A DNA stretch of 64,000 nucleotides from Anaerolineales bacterium (GTDB lineage: Bacteria > Chloroflexota > Anaerolineae > Anaerolineales > UBA6663): contig JADZEK010000073.1 in the NCBI GenBank assembly GCA_020850595.1, forward strand, positions 12,076 to 76,075. The letters run 5' to 3'. The position numbers and the translations under genes were made by a program. Shown here in pieces: positions 1 through 8,732 of the stretch; positions within the stretch are counted from its first letter, which is position 1; the number at the start of each line of letters is the position of its first letter. The notes beneath the pieces are model-generated. The model was given only the letters and a program-made list of their open reading frames with translations. It was not told the DNA's origin and ran no database searches.

Positions 1-85
1 ATCAGAGGTTGGAGGTCAGAGAAGCCAGTGAGCGTGAGGCCGGCGGCTGCTTTCGCGGCCTGCGCAACCCTCCTATAATCCGCGC

Positions 86-745
86 ATGACCAGCCTCATT
101 GATTGCAGCCACACTGTCGAGCACGGCCTGGTGACCTACAAGGGCCTCCCAGCGCCGTTGATCTGTGACTACCTGAGTCGCGCCGACTCGCGCAGCCATT
201 ACGCGCCCGGCACCGAGTTTCACATTGGCAAGATCGAAATGGTCGCCAACACCGGCACCTACGTTGACTCGCCCTTCCACCGCTTTGCCGACGGCAAAGA
301 CCTCGCGCAGTTGCCGCTGACCTCGCTGGCCGACCTGCCGGCGGTGGTGGTGCGTGTGCCCTCGGGCGCGGGCCGGGCGGTAACGGCCGCGGCCTTTCAC
401 GGGCTAGATGTGGCGGCCAAGGCGGTGCTGGTGCACACCGGGTGGGATCAGCATTGGCGCACCGACCAGTATTTCGAGGGCCATCCGTTCCTCACCGCCG
501 ACGCGGCGGCCTGGCTGCGCGACGCCGGGGCCGCCCTGGTGGGCATAGACTCGCTGAACATTGACAACACGGGCGACGGCGCTCGCCCGGTGCACACGAC
601 GCTGCTGCGGGCCGAGATTCCCATTGTCGAGCACCTGACCAACCTGCACAGCCTGCCCGACCGCGCCTTCAGCTTCTTCGCTGTGCCGGTGAAGGTGCGC
701 GCGTTCGGCACGTTCCCGGTGCGGGCGTTTGGGCTGGCACGGTAA
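86..745 (+). CDS. Cyclase family protein (kynurenine formamidase-like fold)
   Basis: 219 aa. The N-terminal region up to HIGKIEMVANTGTYVDSPFH and the overall length fit PF04199-type cyclase/formamidase. The canonical His residues of the HxGTHxDxPxH motif appear partly substituted. Confidence 0.6.
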   Translation: MTSLIDCSHTVEHGLVTYKGLPAPLICDYLSRADSRSHYAPGTEFHIGKIEMVANTGTYVDSPFHRFADGKDLAQLPLTSLADLPAVVVRVPSGAGRAVTAAAFHGLDVAAKAVLVHTGWDQHWRTDQYFEGHPFLTADAAAWLRDAGAALVGIDSLNIDNTGDGARPVHTTLLRAEIPIVEHLTNLHSLPDRAFSFFAVPVKVRAFGTFPVRAFGLAR

Positions 746-835
746 GCGCCGCGGCTTCCTAACAGCAAAACAGCCGGGCCGGTCATTGGTGTGACCTGCC
801 CGGCTGTGTATTTAGCTCGGTCGAACGTCGGCCGC

Positions 836-2149
836 CTACTGCTCGCCGCGGCGCTTGCGCCCGCCCGTCACGGCCAGTCCAATCGCCAGCACGACCACGC
901 CGCTGTTCAGCCCCACACACCGCGTGGCCTGGCGCTCGGCCTCGGCCATGGCCCACGTTTTCACCTCGGCCTTCAGTTCGTCCAGCAGTTCATCGGCCTT
1001 GGCCGCGCCCGCGGCCTTCACCTCCGCGATCTTCTGCTCCAGCTTGGTCTTTAGCGCCTGGGCCTGCTCAGGCACCACCACCACCGAGATGCTCACCGGC
1101 TCGCCCAGCGCGCGCGGTGCGCTCGGGTCCCCGGTGACGAGCTGCCAGCGCTGCTCGTAGATGCCCGCGTCGTCAGGGGCGCGGGCCGGCAGCGCCCAGG
1201 TGGCCGTCTCGCCGGGAGCGACGGCGGCGGGCAGGGCGTATGCCGCCGCCGCGCCGTAGGCCTCACCCGCTGCCGCCAGCCATACTTGCCCCGGCTGCCA
1301 CGTCACCAGGCCGTCGTTGGTAAGCGTGAGGTCCGTGCTGACGGCCTCGCTGGGAAAGGCCACGGCCACCATCCACCCCGCGGCCGGCGCGCTAGCCGCG
1401 CAGTCCAATGGCAGGCCCAAATCGTTCAGCACGGCCTCGGCCAGCGCACGGGCGTAAGTGCGGGTCTGGTTGCGCAGGGCTTCGTTGTCGGCGCCCAGGC
1501 TGCCCACCTCCACCAGCGCCGCTGGCGCCTGCCACGGGTGAATGTACAGCCCGCCACCAGTGTCGCTGGCCGTCTCAGGCAGCGGCCCAGCCCGCGGCAC
1601 GTCCAACCACGTACTCACCGCCATCGCCGCCAATTCGGCCAGGCGCTGGCTCCCGGCGTCGTCCCATCCGCCGACAGTTTGCCAGGCCACCACGCCGCTG
1701 GGCGCGTCGTAGCTGCGCGTGTGAATTGCCAACGCTAGGTCGGGTTGTAGGGCGTTCACCACTTCGTGGACGCTCGCCAGCGCGTGATCGGGGTCGTCGC
1801 CGCTGCGGGCCAGGGCCACCTGCACCGGGCAGCGCGCCAGCAGCGCTTGCGTCTGCTGCGCCAGGTCGAGCGTCACGTCCTTCTCGACCAGCCCGCCGCC
1901 GGTATCGCCGGCATCCACCGCGCCCGCGCTGGCCGACCACCAGCCGTTGCCGGGGCTGAGCACCACCACCGGCCAGATGGCCGGGTCGCTGGCGGGGGCG
2001 AGGTCCCCGGCCGGGGCGCGCGCGGGGGCCGCGTGGCTCTCGGATAGTCCCACCGCCGCCGCCAGCGCCGCCGCGCCCGGCCGCCCAATCAACCACCACA
2101 GGCTGGCCACAATCGCCAGCAAAATACCTGCTCGCAGTCGCATCATCAC
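836..2149 (-). CDS. Amidase_3-like (N-acetylmuramoyl-L-alanine amidase family) envelope protein with N-terminal signal anchor and C-terminal coiled coil plus TM
   Basis: 437 aa. Blocks VVVLSPGNGWW...EKDVTLDL...LARSGDD...DLALAIHTRS...ALVEVGSL resemble Amidase_3 motifs (GHGG, EKD, SIHAD, ELGF). The C-terminus has a Lys/Glu/Ala coiled coil followed by a hydrophobic segment. Confidence 0.45.
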   Translation of the reverse strand: MMMRLRAGILLAIVASLWWLIGRPGAAALAAAVGLSESHAAPARAPAGDLAPASDPAIWPVVVLSPGNGWWSASAGAVDAGDTGGGLVEKDVTLDLAQQTQALLARCPVQVALARSGDDPDHALASVHEVVNALQPDLALAIHTRSYDAPSGVVAWQTVGGWDDAGSQRLAELAAMAVSTWLDVPRAGPLPETASDTGGGLYIHPWQAPAALVEVGSLGADNEALRNQTRTYARALAEAVLNDLGLPLDCAASAPAAGWMVAVAFPSEAVSTDLTLTNDGLVTWQPGQVWLAAAGEAYGAAAAYALPAAVAPGETATWALPARAPDDAGIYEQRWQLVTGDPSAPRALGEPVSISVVVVPEQAQALKTKLEQKIAEVKAAGAAKADELLDELKAEVKTWAMAEAERQATRCVGLNSGVVVLAIGLAVTGGRKRRGEQ

Positions 2150-2346
2150 TCCTCTGGGCGATGGCCCGCAGGGAAGAGTGCAAGGAGTGTGCCGGATGAG
2201 GGGCAGGGGGCCAAGGACCCAGAGCGGGGAATGGCAGAGCCGAAGGCTGGGCGAGGCAGCGTTGGCGGGCTTCCGGCTGCTCCCGGCGCGGCCCGAACAG
2301 GCAGCGCCAACGCCGGGCGCGCCGCGCCGCAGTCAGTGCGGCCTCT

Positions 2347-3186
2347 CTACGGCGTGATGATCGCCAGGTCTGCCACGTCCTTCAGGCGCGCGCGCATGAC
2401 GGCCAGCGCCTGGGGGTTGTTGTCCATCAGGATGAAGCGCCGGCCGAGGGCGTGGGCCGCTGCGCCGGTGGTGCCGCTGCCCGCGAAGAAGTCGAGCACG
2501 GCGCCGCCGGGCAGGCTGCTGGCGGTGATGATGCGCTGGAGGATGGCGACGGGCTTCTGCGTGGGGTAGCCGGTCTTTTCCTTGCCGGTAGGGCTGACGA
2601 TGGTGTGCCACCACACGTCAGTCGGGAGCTTGCCGCGCGCGGCCTTCTCCGGGCCGACCAGCCCCGGCGCCATGTAGGGGATGCGGTCAATCGCGTCCAC
2701 GTTGAAGACGTAGTTGGCCGGGTCTTTGACGTAGACCAGAATGTTGTCGTGCTTGGCGGGCCAGCGCTTCTTGGTGCGCGCGCCGTAGTCGTAGGCCCAA
2801 ATGATTTCATTAAGAAAGCTGGCGCGGCCAAACAGCCGGTCGAGCAGCACCTTGCAGTAGTGCGCCTCGCGGTAGTCAATGTGGAAGTAGAGCGTGCCGT
2901 TATCCGCCAGCACGCGCCGCGCCTCGGCCAGCCGCGGTTCCAAGAAGCGCTCGTAGTCGTCAAACTGGTCGCTGTAGGCTTGCTCGCCGACACGGGTAGT
3001 AGTGTAGCGCTGCCCGCCGAAGCCCGTGCGGTCGCCTGCGCCCTCGGCGGCGCGCCTAGTCTTGAGTTGCAGGCGCGCCTGCCTACGGCCGGTGTTAAAG
3101 GGTGGGTCAATGTAGATCAGGTCAACCGAGGCTGCCGGTAGCGTTTGCAGGATGGGCAGGTTGTCGCCCAGGTAGATCTGGTTCAT
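2347..3186 (-). CDS. Site-specific DNA methyltransferase, beta-class amino-MTase (probably N6-adenine)
   Basis: 279 aa. Motif IV DLIYIDPPFNTG lies near the N-terminus and motif I VLDFFAGSGTTGAAA near the C-terminus, which is the beta-class order. No adjacent nuclease. The start is 9 nt downstream of the aminotransferase stop. Confidence 0.8.
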   Translation of the reverse strand: MNQIYLGDNLPILQTLPAASVDLIYIDPPFNTGRRQARLQLKTRRAAEGAGDRTGFGGQRYTTTRVGEQAYSDQFDDYERFLEPRLAEARRVLADNGTLYFHIDYREAHYCKVLLDRLFGRASFLNEIIWAYDYGARTKKRWPAKHDNILVYVKDPANYVFNVDAIDRIPYMAPGLVGPEKAARGKLPTDVWWHTIVSPTGKEKTGYPTQKPVAILQRIITASSLPGGAVLDFFAGSGTTGAAAHALGRRFILMDNNPQALAVMRARLKDVADLAIITP

Positions 3187-3195
3187 GCGCGGTGG

Positions 3196-4380
3196 CTAGC
3201 GGCCGTTGAGCTTGGCCAGGCGGGCCACGGCCTGTTCCAGCGTCTCGCGCCGCTTGCAGAAAGCGAAGCGCGCCCAGGTGCGGCCCAGGTGCTGGTGCGC
3301 CTCGGTGTAGAAGGCCGTCGGCGGGATGGCCGCCACGCCCACTTCGCTGGTCAGCCAGCGGCAAAAGGTCACGTCGTCGTCGAACCCCAGCGGCGTGATC
3401 TCGGCCATGATGAAGTAGGTGCCCTGCGGCACGCTGACGCGCAGCCCCATGGCCTGCAAGGCCGCCGCCAGATAGTCGCGCCGCGCCTGGAAGTCGGCGG
3501 CTAGCCCGGTGAAGTAGCTGTCTTCCAGCGCCAGCGCGGCGGCGGCGGCGGTCTGAAACGGCGTGCTGGTGGAGAAGGTGATGAACTGGTGCGCCTGCCG
3601 CACGGCGAGCGTCAGTTCCGGCCGCGCCAGCGCCCAGCCCACCTTCCAGCCGGTGAAACCAAAGGTCTTGCCGTTGCTGCTGACAGTGATGGTGCGCTCG
3701 GCCATGCCGGGCTGGGCGCTCAGGCGCTGGTGACGCGCCCCAGCGTAGACCAGGTGCTCGTACACCTCATCGCACAGCGCCAGCACGTCCCACTGCACGC
3801 ACAGCGCCGCGATCTGCGCCAACTCGTCGGCGGCAAAGACCTTGCCCGTGGGGTTGTGGGGCGTGTTGAGGATCAGCATCCGCGTGCGCTCGTTGAAGGC
3901 GGCCGCCAGCTCGTCCGGGTCGAAGCGCCAGCGGGGCTGCTCGGCGGTGGGCGCGTGCAGCGGCACGCAGCGCGGCACGCCGCCGGCCATGAGCACGATG
4001 GGCACATAGCTGTCGTAAAACGGCTCGAAGAGGATGACCTCGTCGCCGGGGTTCACCAGCCCCTGCACGGCGGCGAACAGGCACTCCGTCGCGCCGCTGC
4101 ATACGGTCACCTCAGTGTCGGGGTCGAAGGTTTGCCCATAGAAGCGCTGGCTGTGGGCGGCGGCGGCGCGGCGCAGCGCGGGCTGGCCCATGCTCACCGC
4201 ATATTGGTTCTCGCCCGCGCGGATGGCGGCGATGGCGGCTTCCTTGACCCCCTCCGGCCCATCGAAGTCGGGGAAGCCCTGGCCCAGGTTGATCGCCTTG
4301 TGCTCAACGGCCAGCCGGGACATCTCCGCGAAGATGCTGGTGCCGAAGGTTGCGACGCGGTCTGCGGATTGGTAGGGCAT
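3196..4380 (-). CDS. PLP-dependent aminotransferase class I/II (methionine/kynurenine aminotransferase-like)
   Basis: 394 aa. Carries NLGQGFPDFDGP and a typical fold-type I aminotransferase sequence. Confidence 0.85.
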   Translation of the reverse strand: MPYQSADRVATFGTSIFAEMSRLAVEHKAINLGQGFPDFDGPEGVKEAAIAAIRAGENQYAVSMGQPALRRAAAAHSQRFYGQTFDPDTEVTVCSGATECLFAAVQGLVNPGDEVILFEPFYDSYVPIVLMAGGVPRCVPLHAPTAEQPRWRFDPDELAAAFNERTRMLILNTPHNPTGKVFAADELAQIAALCVQWDVLALCDEVYEHLVYAGARHQRLSAQPGMAERTITVSSNGKTFGFTGWKVGWALARPELTLAVRQAHQFITFSTSTPFQTAAAAALALEDSYFTGLAADFQARRDYLAAALQAMGLRVSVPQGTYFIMAEITPLGFDDDVTFCRWLTSEVGVAAIPPTAFYTEAHQHLGRTWARFAFCKRRETLEQAVARLAKLNGR

Positions 4381-4469
4381 GGTCTTCGCTCACTCTCACA
4401 CTTGGACAAGACGCGCCCGCTGGCTCGGGCGCGCCGGGAAATGTAGTATAACCCCGCCTCACCATTGCC

Positions 4470-5930
4470 ATGCGCCGGCTGACGCCTGTTCAACTCACGC
4501 TCCTCGGCCTGCTGGCGGCGAGCAGTTGCGCTGCCTTTGCCGTGTTTGGTATGTTGATCGCGGCGGCGCGCCTCCACCTGCCGCCGGAGGTCGCGGCCCT
4601 GCTGCCGGTTCCGACGCTCACCGCCAGCTACACGCCGCTGCCCGCGACCGAAACGCCGACCGTCACCGAGACGCCTACCCCAACGGCCACCGCCTCGCCG
4701 TCGCCGACGCCCACACCGTCCCCGCCCCCGACCGGCACGCCCACGCCATCGCCCACCGCAACCGAGACCCCCACGCCGACGCCGACTATCACGCCTACGC
4801 CCTTGTGGCCCACCGCGCCGCCCGCCGAGTGGCCCTCCGCTACGCCGCCGCCCGCCGGCGCGCGCCTGCCGCCCACGCTCGACGACTTCTGGGACGGCCG
4901 CGCGGCCTGGCAGTTAGAGGTCTTTGATGTGGGGCTGCCGATGGGCGAGTCAGACACGCTCATCGGGCCGGATGGGCAGTTGTGGTCGTACCTGCACGCC
5001 AGCACGCCGTCGCGCGGCATCTACGATCAGTGGGGGGCCTACGTGCCCTTCCCCGGCTGCGTCACGCTCTGGCAGAGCGGCGACCGGGGCGGGAGCTTTC
5101 GCCTGTTCGCGCCCCGCTGCCTGATCGCCTGCCGCACCAGTCCGTGCGGCGCGGTGCTGGATGACATTGACCAGCAGCAATACCCGCGCGTGGCCCGCGC
5201 CGCCGACGGCGCCTGGGTGATGGTCTACGAGTGGCGGGCGCAGATTTATTTGCGGCGCTCACTGGATGGGCTGAACTGGACGCGCTCGCGGCGCGTGCCG
5301 GGGACCGGCGTGTGGTTCGACACGACGACCACCGGCTATGCGGCGTGCGGCGGCTATTACCGCATCGGCGACCACCCGTTTGTGCCGCGGGAGAGCGAGT
5401 ATGATTGCCTCTCTGGCGCGCCGCCGGGGCTGTATATCGAAGGCGACCAGATGTATGTGTTCGTGGGGATGGGCAAGAACCCCAGCCACTTGGGCTGCTA
5501 CACCGGCCCGGTGGCGACAGGCGCGCCGGGGCTGACGCCCTGTGCCCACAATCCGCTGTTCACCGGGGCCGAGAGCTACGGCCCGCAGGAGGCGCAGGGC
5601 GCGGCCGGGAACCCGTACTTCGATTTCCGCACGGTCTCGTCGGCCGACGTGTTGCGGGTGGGGGAGCGTTACTACGCGACTTACGAGGGCGTGCGCGGCC
5701 CCGGCCCTGGCGCGGGCGGCGACACGCAATTCAACCTGGGCTTCGCGCGCAGCCTCGGCCCGGCCATTGACGGCCCCTGGGAGAAGTTCGGCGGCAACCC
5801 AGTGCTGGGCGACGTGCCCGGCAACGTGGGCCTGGGCCACGCCGACCTGCTGGTGCTGGACGGCGTGACGTATCTCTACACCGCCACCTCGGCCAGCACG
5901 CGCGGGCGCTACGTGCTCGTGTGGCGCTAG
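4470..5930 (+). CDS. Secreted or membrane-anchored hypothetical protein with Pro/Thr-rich linker and Cys-rich C-terminal domain (possible beta-propeller/glycosidase-like fold)
   Basis: 486 aa. N-terminal hydrophobic anchor, about 90 aa of PT-rich linker (TPTPSPT...), then a Trp/Gly/Cys-rich globular region. Confidence 0.5.
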   Translation: MRRLTPVQLTLLGLLAASSCAAFAVFGMLIAAARLHLPPEVAALLPVPTLTASYTPLPATETPTVTETPTPTATASPSPTPTPSPPPTGTPTPSPTATETPTPTPTITPTPLWPTAPPAEWPSATPPPAGARLPPTLDDFWDGRAAWQLEVFDVGLPMGESDTLIGPDGQLWSYLHASTPSRGIYDQWGAYVPFPGCVTLWQSGDRGGSFRLFAPRCLIACRTSPCGAVLDDIDQQQYPRVARAADGAWVMVYEWRAQIYLRRSLDGLNWTRSRRVPGTGVWFDTTTTGYAACGGYYRIGDHPFVPRESEYDCLSGAPPGLYIEGDQMYVFVGMGKNPSHLGCYTGPVATGAPGLTPCAHNPLFTGAESYGPQEAQGAAGNPYFDFRTVSSADVLRVGERYYATYEGVRGPGPGAGGDTQFNLGFARSLGPAIDGPWEKFGGNPVLGDVPGNVGLGHADLLVLDGVTYLYTATSASTRGRYVLVWR

Positions 5931-6103
5931 AACAACCTCTGGTAGATGTAGGCCACGATCATCAGCACGATGAAGATGAAGATCATCAGCAGCCACTGGC
6001 TGGCGGTGAAGCCCTTGTCGCGGTTGCTGAACATCATAGACGATAGGCCGAGCGCAATCACGCCCGACATGATCGCGGCGATCAGCATGAAGCGGGTGTC
6101 CAC
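5927..6103 (-). CDS. Small hydrophobic membrane peptide (unlisted short ORF)
   Basis: 58 aa, or 53 aa from ATG at 6088. Sequence (V)DTRFMLIAAIMSGVIALGLSSMMFSNRDKGFTASQWLLMIFIFIVLMIVAYIYQRLF has two TM helices. AGGAGA lies 8 nt upstream of GTG at 6103. The stop overlaps the stop of the convergent 4470..5930 gene (CTAG). Confidence 0.3.
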   Translation of the reverse strand: MDTRFMLIAAIMSGVIALGLSSMMFSNRDKGFTASQWLLMIFIFIVLMIVAYIYQRLF

Positions 6104-6198
6104 GGCGGCGGTCTCCTGGGCGGGTAACGGCCCCTGATGTCCGAAAGTTTACGCGAAGCGGCTTGCGCACACAACACCCCCTCCGTCCTGGTGTCGGC

Positions 6199-7071
6199 CT
6201 ATGGCTTGGCCCGTTGCGCCGCCTTTTTCACCGCCGCCGCGTAGGTCTTCTGCATCAGCCGCGCGTCCTCTTCCATCTTCGGGCTTTCACACAGCACCCG
6301 CCCGCCTGCGCCCACCTCGCTCAGAGCGCGGAAGAGGTCCTTGTACTTCAGGTCGCTCTCGGCCAGCGGCAGGTGGTGCTTCTCCCCCTTCGGGCCGTAC
6401 TCAATACCCGAGAGGTGAATGTGCAACTGCTTGAGGCCGCGCGCGCCGAGCGTTTTCTTCACCCGCTTGAGCAGCGCCACCCACTCGGCGTAGGTGTTCA
6501 CGCTGCCATCGCCGGGGCGGGCGTGCAGGTGGGCGAAGTCAATGCACGGCAGCACGCCGTCAATCTCCTGCGCCATGCTCAGCGTGTCTTCGAGCGAGCC
6601 GAGCATGGCGCTCTTGCCCATGGTCTCAGGCCGCAGCGTCACCGGGTTGCCGGCGGCGCGCAGGTCGGCCACGCACTGCCGCAGGCGCGGCAGGGCCTGC
6701 TCCAGTGCGGCCTGGGGCGGCCCGCCGAAATATGAGCCGGGGTGAAAGATGATGTCGGTCGCGCCGGCCAGGTAGCCGTAGTGCGCGGCGTCCATCAGGC
6801 GCTTGCGGCTGCGCGGCCACTCCTCCGCGCCGGCGTTGAGGTTGATGAAGTACGGCGCGTGGACCGAGAGCGCGATGTGGTGCGCCGCGCCGGTCGCCTT
6901 GATCTCGGCGCACTTGCCCTCCGAGACGCGCACCGACTGCACCCAGGCCAACTCGAGCGCGCCCAGCCCCATTTCAGCCGCGCGCCGGATGCCGCCCACC
7001 GTGCCGCCGGGGTTTTTGGGCGTGCTGAGCGGCGTGCCCACTGTGCCAAACACCAAGCCTGCTTTCGCCAT
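6199..7071 (-). CDS. AP endonuclease family 2 / endonuclease IV (Nfo)-like TIM-barrel protein
   Basis: 290 aa. HAPYFINLNA (compare HxxYLINLxxP), IFHPGSY, PCIDFAHLHARPGD (compare CIDTCHAFAAGYD) and HIHLSG...EKHHLPL (compare HLND...DRHHSLGEG) match Endo IV metal-site blocks. Located 5 nt downstream of the DUF4129 gene. Confidence 0.6.
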   Translation of the reverse strand: MAKAGLVFGTVGTPLSTPKNPGGTVGGIRRAAEMGLGALELAWVQSVRVSEGKCAEIKATGAAHHIALSVHAPYFINLNAGAEEWPRSRKRLMDAAHYGYLAGATDIIFHPGSYFGGPPQAALEQALPRLRQCVADLRAAGNPVTLRPETMGKSAMLGSLEDTLSMAQEIDGVLPCIDFAHLHARPGDGSVNTYAEWVALLKRVKKTLGARGLKQLHIHLSGIEYGPKGEKHHLPLAESDLKYKDLFRALSEVGAGGRVLCESPKMEEDARLMQKTYAAAVKKAAQRAKP

Positions 7072-7076
7072 GCCGC

Positions 7077-8732
7077 TTACTCCCTTTGCTTGAGCTTCTT
7101 CTGTTGGGCCAGCGCCGCCCGCAGCCGGCCCCAGGCCGCGCGCACGGCGCGCGCGTGCTCTTTGTCCACTGGGTGAGCGCTGTAGCGGCTCTCTTCAAAC
7201 GCCTCTGTCAGCGCCTGCACCTCGGGCGTGTGCTCCGGCAGGTTCGCCGCCAGGGTCGGGCCATACTCCTGCGGGGTCTGCGGCGGGCGGCGGCCATAGC
7301 CGCGCTCACTTGCCCGGCGCAGCAGGCTCAGGTAGTAATACTGCACCTGCTCGCGCGGGCCGGCCGCGCCCAGCCGGAAGGCGCGCCGGGGTGCGCCGGC
7401 CGTGGCCGGCCGCGCTTCGCGGCGCGCGCGCAGCCAGGCCGCCAGGGGGTTGTCTTGCAGCCTGGCGGCCAGCCCGGCCGCCCGGTGGCGCAAAGCCGCC
7501 CACAGTTGGCGCAGCCGCCGCAGCGGGGCCAGCTCGCGCATGGCGCGCAGCAGGCCGGGCCGATCGCGCACATAGCCGATTACCACGTACAACACCATGC
7601 CGCTAATCAGGCCCCAGACCAGCACGGTGCGCACCACTTCCAGCCAGGGCGGCATCGGGCCGGTGTCGAGGACCGGCGGCGGCGTGAACTGAAACGGCTG
7701 AGTCTGAACGGGCCGGTCAGTGGTGTTGTTCAGCAGCGCCAGGATGGCCGTGATGGGCAGGACGCAAATGGCCGCCAGGAAGGCCGCCAGCGCCCACAAG
7801 ACCGCGAGCAGCATGGCGACGACCCCGCCCAGCCAGCCGAGCGCCCCGGCCGTGTAGCCGGTGGGCAGCGCGAAGGCGATGACGGCGGCCAGCAGCAGGA
7901 AGGCCGCGCTGTAGCGCACCCAGCGCCCGCCCAGTTCTGGCGGCACGCGCGCGCCCTGCGCCTGCCACTGCGCCGCCAGCAGCGCCAGCCGTACCTGGCC
8001 CAGCAGCAGAAAGCCCACGCCAAAGTAAGCCAGCACCGTCGCCACCAGGCCGGTCACCGGGGCGCGCTCGAAGTTCAGCAGGTCTTGCACGCCCACGCGC
8101 GCCAGCCCGCTTAGCACCAGCACCAATGCGCCGCCGAAGAAGAAGCGCTCGGTGAGGGCGTCGAGCGGCGAGACGTATTGCCGGTCGTGGTCAGGCGGCT
8201 CGCCCACGCGGTCGAGGTCTTCGAGCGTGTCGTCTACCACCAGCGCCACGGCCACGGCCAGCAGCGTGGCTAGCACGGCTTCCAGGTCGAGCAGCTCGGC
8301 CAAGAGGGCGAGGGGGGCCGTGGGCCAGCCGCCCTCCGGCGCGCCGCCCAGCGCCAACTGCGCAACCTTAATCGCGACGAAGTAGAAGCCGAACTCAATC
8401 GTCCGCAGCCGCCACAGGTCGGCGCCGGAGATGTAGCGGGCGCGGATCAGGTGGTGGGTGGCGTGCGTTTCGAGCGTGGCGGCCAGCATGACGCCCAACA
8501 GCAGCCAGGGGCGCAGCCCCGGCACGATCGCGCTCACGACCTGTGTCAGCGGCAGCGCCAGGCAGCCGATGAGGATGGTCAGCGCGACCGGCCGCAGCAG
8601 GGTGACGAGCCACGGCGGCAGCAGGCCCAGCGGCCCGGCTTCCGGCGGGGCCGGCGTGGGCGCGTTGGCCGGCGCGTTGCGCTTCGATGTCTGCCGCTTC
8701 ACCGCCAGCCCTCCAGGTCTTGCTCGCGCCAC
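7077..8732 (-). CDS. DUF4129-domain polytopic membrane protein (MoxR-operon partner)
   Basis: 551 aa. Many TM helices, with a C-terminal QYYYLSLLRRASERGYGRRPPQTPQEY...ESRYSAHPV block typical of DUF4129. Overlaps the DUF58 gene by 34 nt. Confidence 0.65.
   Translation of the reverse strand: MARARPGGLAVKRQTSKRNAPANAPTPAPPEAGPLGLLPPWLVTLLRPVALTILIGCLALPLTQVVSAIVPGLRPWLLLGVMLAATLETHATHHLIRARYISGADLWRLRTIEFGFYFVAIKVAQLALGGAPEGGWPTAPLALLAELLDLEAVLATLLAVAVALVVDDTLEDLDRVGEPPDHDRQYVSPLDALTERFFFGGALVLVLSGLARVGVQDLLNFERAPVTGLVATVLAYFGVGFLLLGQVRLALLAAQWQAQGARVPPELGGRWVRYSAAFLLLAAVIAFALPTGYTAGALGWLGGVVAMLLAVLWALAAFLAAICVLPITAILALLNNTTDRPVQTQPFQFTPPPVLDTGPMPPWLEVVRTVLVWGLISGMVLYVVIGYVRDRPGLLRAMRELAPLRRLRQLWAALRHRAAGLAARLQDNPLAAWLRARREARPATAGAPRRAFRLGAAGPREQVQYYYLSLLRRASERGYGRRPPQTPQEYGPTLAANLPEHTPEVQALTEAFEESRYSAHPVDKEHARAVRAAWGRLRAALAQQKKLKQRE

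Noticed and set aside
1286-2357. Many long ORFs on the strand opposite the amidase gene (e.g. 1408..1959, 1575..2183, 1947..2357), rich in Arg/Pro/Gly
   Set aside because: Typical GC-rich antisense artefacts. They have low-complexity R/P/G composition, overlap a gene with clear homology on the other strand, and have no SD or start context.
4600-4830. Apparent short nucleotide repeats (acgcccac / ccgacgcc) in several genes, also 33290..33470 and 49440..50100
   Set aside because: They reflect Pro/Thr or Ala/Pro low-complexity linker coding, not CRISPR arrays or mobile-element repeats. There are no regular spacers and no cas genes.
7086-8114. 342-aa ORF antisense to the DUF4129 gene, with similar antisense ORFs across the MoxR locus (8451..9173, 8945..10114, 10451..11380)
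   Set aside because: Gln/Arg/Gly/His-rich low-complexity translations in a high-GC region, overlapping genes that have coherent domain content on the other strand.
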